A DNA stretch of 64,000 nucleotides from an uncultured Candidatus Rokubacteria bacterium (lineage in GTDB: Bacteria; JAUVQV01; DATDCY01), in the NCBI GenBank assembly GCA_963699775.1, contig CAVOVE010000015.1, positions 687,588-751,587 on the forward strand, read 5' to 3'. Numbering within the stretch: the first letter of the stretch is position 1; each line of letters opens with the position of its first letter. A model generated the notes under the pieces. That model was not told the origin of the DNA, searched no databases, and was given only the letters and a program-made list of their open reading frames with translations. A program made the translations under genes and the position numbers. This document shows, in pieces, positions 62,623-64,000 of this stretch.

Positions 62623-64000
62623 TCAGGCCAGGGGCCGCGGCGCGACGTCGAATGCGCCGAGGGGAACGGGGACGCCGCAGGTGCGCAGCTGCTGGGCGCG
62701 CGTCACCGCGATGGCGCCCTCGAGCAGGTTGCGCCCGATCTGGGCCACGGTGCGCCGCGTCGGGTCCTCGAGGAAGGAGCCGCGCACCCAGTCGTTGAAC
62801 GCGCCCATCGCCGGCCCGCACCAGATCTGGTAGTCGGCCCGGCGCGCCGGGTCGTCGGCGATGGCCCAGCGGCTGGACTGGCCGAGGTACCAGCGGAAAC
62901 AGAGCGCCATGCGGTGTTTCGGGTCGCGGCCCGCGCGCTCGTTCTGACGCGGGTCGCGCGCCGCCCAGAAGCGCTCGGTCTGCTCGAGGACCGCCTCGAG
63001 CGGCAGCAGAAAGATCTCCTTCTCGAGACGCTCGCGCTCGCCCGCGGGAATCTCCTCGAGGGAGGCGTGGGACTTGTAGAGGTCGCGCAGGCGCCGGGCG
63101 CGGGCCGCGAAGAGCGTGCCCCGCCGCAGGACCTGCACCTGGGCCCCGAGTTCGAACATGTCGGCGGCCGGCGCCATCGCGACATCGGCCACCCCCGCCT
63201 GCGCGAGCAGCGCCCGCCCCGAGGCCCCGAGGCCGGACTCCACGGCGGCCTGATTCACCGATCCCGTGAGCACGTAGGCCGCGCCCGAGCGCGAACGCCG
63301 CGGCGACCGCGGAGGGGGTGCCGAGCCCGCCGGCGGCGCCGAGGCGCACCTGGCGGCCGTGGCCGTGCTGGGCGGCGAGGTCGGCGGCCACGCGGGCGAT
63401 GCTCGGGAAGATCGCCGACAGGGGCCGGTTGTCCGTGTGCCCGCCGGAATCGGCTTCGACCGTTATGTCCTCGGCCAGCGGCACGCGCCGGGCGAGGTCG
63501 GCCTCCTCCCGCGTGAGTCTCCCGGCCGCGACCAGCGCGTCGAGCATCTCCTGCGGGGCCGGGGCGAGGAAGAACCGCGCCGTCTCGGGACGCGAGATCT
63601 TGGCGAAGAGGTGGTGCCGCCGCCGCACGCCGTCCGCCGGCGTCGGCGGTGAGTCCCGAAGCGGCGTACCGCACCACCGGGAGCGTGAGCCTCATGAACG
63701 CCGAGGCCGAGACCCGCCGCACGCCTCGCCGCAGGTAGACCTCGACGGTGGCATCCTCGAGCGCCGACTCCTGCGGGGAGTGGATGAGGTTCGACCCCCA
63801 CGAGATATCGGGGCCCAGCTCGCGGGAGAGCTGCGCGACCGCGTCCTCGATGCGCGCGGGATCGAGCCCGGCCGCGCCGAAGAACCCGAGAAAGCCGGCG
63901 CGCGCCGCCTCGACGACCATGCGGGTCGTCGTGAGGCCGTTGGCCATCTCCCCGACCACGTACGGGAAGCGCACGCCGTGCGTCTCGCAGAAGGACCGAT
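62623..64000 (-). CDS. Pfa1/PfaD-like enoyl reductase (nitronate-monooxygenase-type trans-ER); N-terminus beyond window end
   Basis: FPYVVGEMANGLTTTRMVVEAARAGFLGFFGAAGL, ITVEADSGGHTDNRPLSAIFPSIARV; frame changes between ORFs 63255..63974, 62612..63628, 62623..63273. Confidence 0.8.

Overview
The window is a GC-rich (about 70%) bacterial chromosomal segment. The gene content (a myxobacterial-type pfa cluster whose Pfa3 ends in an AGPAT domain, a CHASE2 cyclase, a Che operon ending in a PilB/GspE ATPase) suggests Myxococcota or a related deltaproteobacterium; this is inference. Nearly every long gene shows 1-3 reading-frame changes when followed by eye (gspE, cheA, mcp, the M48 peptidase, rarA, the merR-like gene, tolC, both ppk2, ppk1, clpX, flotillin, prfC, pfa genes), while short housekeeping genes (clpP, tig, cheY) are intact. 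This points to indel noise in the assembly, and many opposite-strand ORFs in the track are high-GC artefacts. Content in order: (1) a PilB/GspE-like ATPase immediately downstream of a cheR-mcp-cheW-cheY-cheA operon, all on the minus strand; (2) thiL, an M48 peptidase, an SH3-like protein, a CHASE2-nucleotidyl cyclase, rarA, a response regulator, a MerR-like regulator, a deoxynucleoside kinase; (3) a tolC-emrA-emrB efflux operon preceded by a PPK2; (4) a polyphosphate island with tandem PPK2, divergent PPK1, a CHAD protein, CYTH, NUDIX and SixA; (5) a flavin reductase and clpX-clpP-tig with tRNA-Leu/Lys/His upstream; (6) a flotillin-NfeD-small membrane protein module flanked by a 75-bp direct repeat; (7) an approx. 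8-kb co-directional peptide-modification (RiPP-like) operon: radical SAM/SPASM, a Mur-ligase-family enzyme, a small candidate precursor ORF, a PqqD-like RRE, a B12-binding radical SAM fused to an HprK-related P-loop kinase domain, an S24-peptidase/nucleotidyltransferase and DUF362, with three glycosyltransferase-like genes beside it (one RGP/GT75-like); (8) OsmC, DsrE-like, cytochrome c, prfC; (9) a myxobacterial-type PUFA-synthase-like cluster (pfa1 ER, pfa2 KS-AT-ACP2-KR-DH, pfa3 KS/CLF/DH.../AGPAT). Here pfa3 is cut into separate ORFs exactly where copies of an approx. 100-200 bp MITE-like repeat sit; the repeat carries its own ATG plus ten codons (MEVRSDRTPQP). A further copy abuts the emrB start. 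The two most notable items are the RiPP-like operon and the MITE-dissected pfa3.
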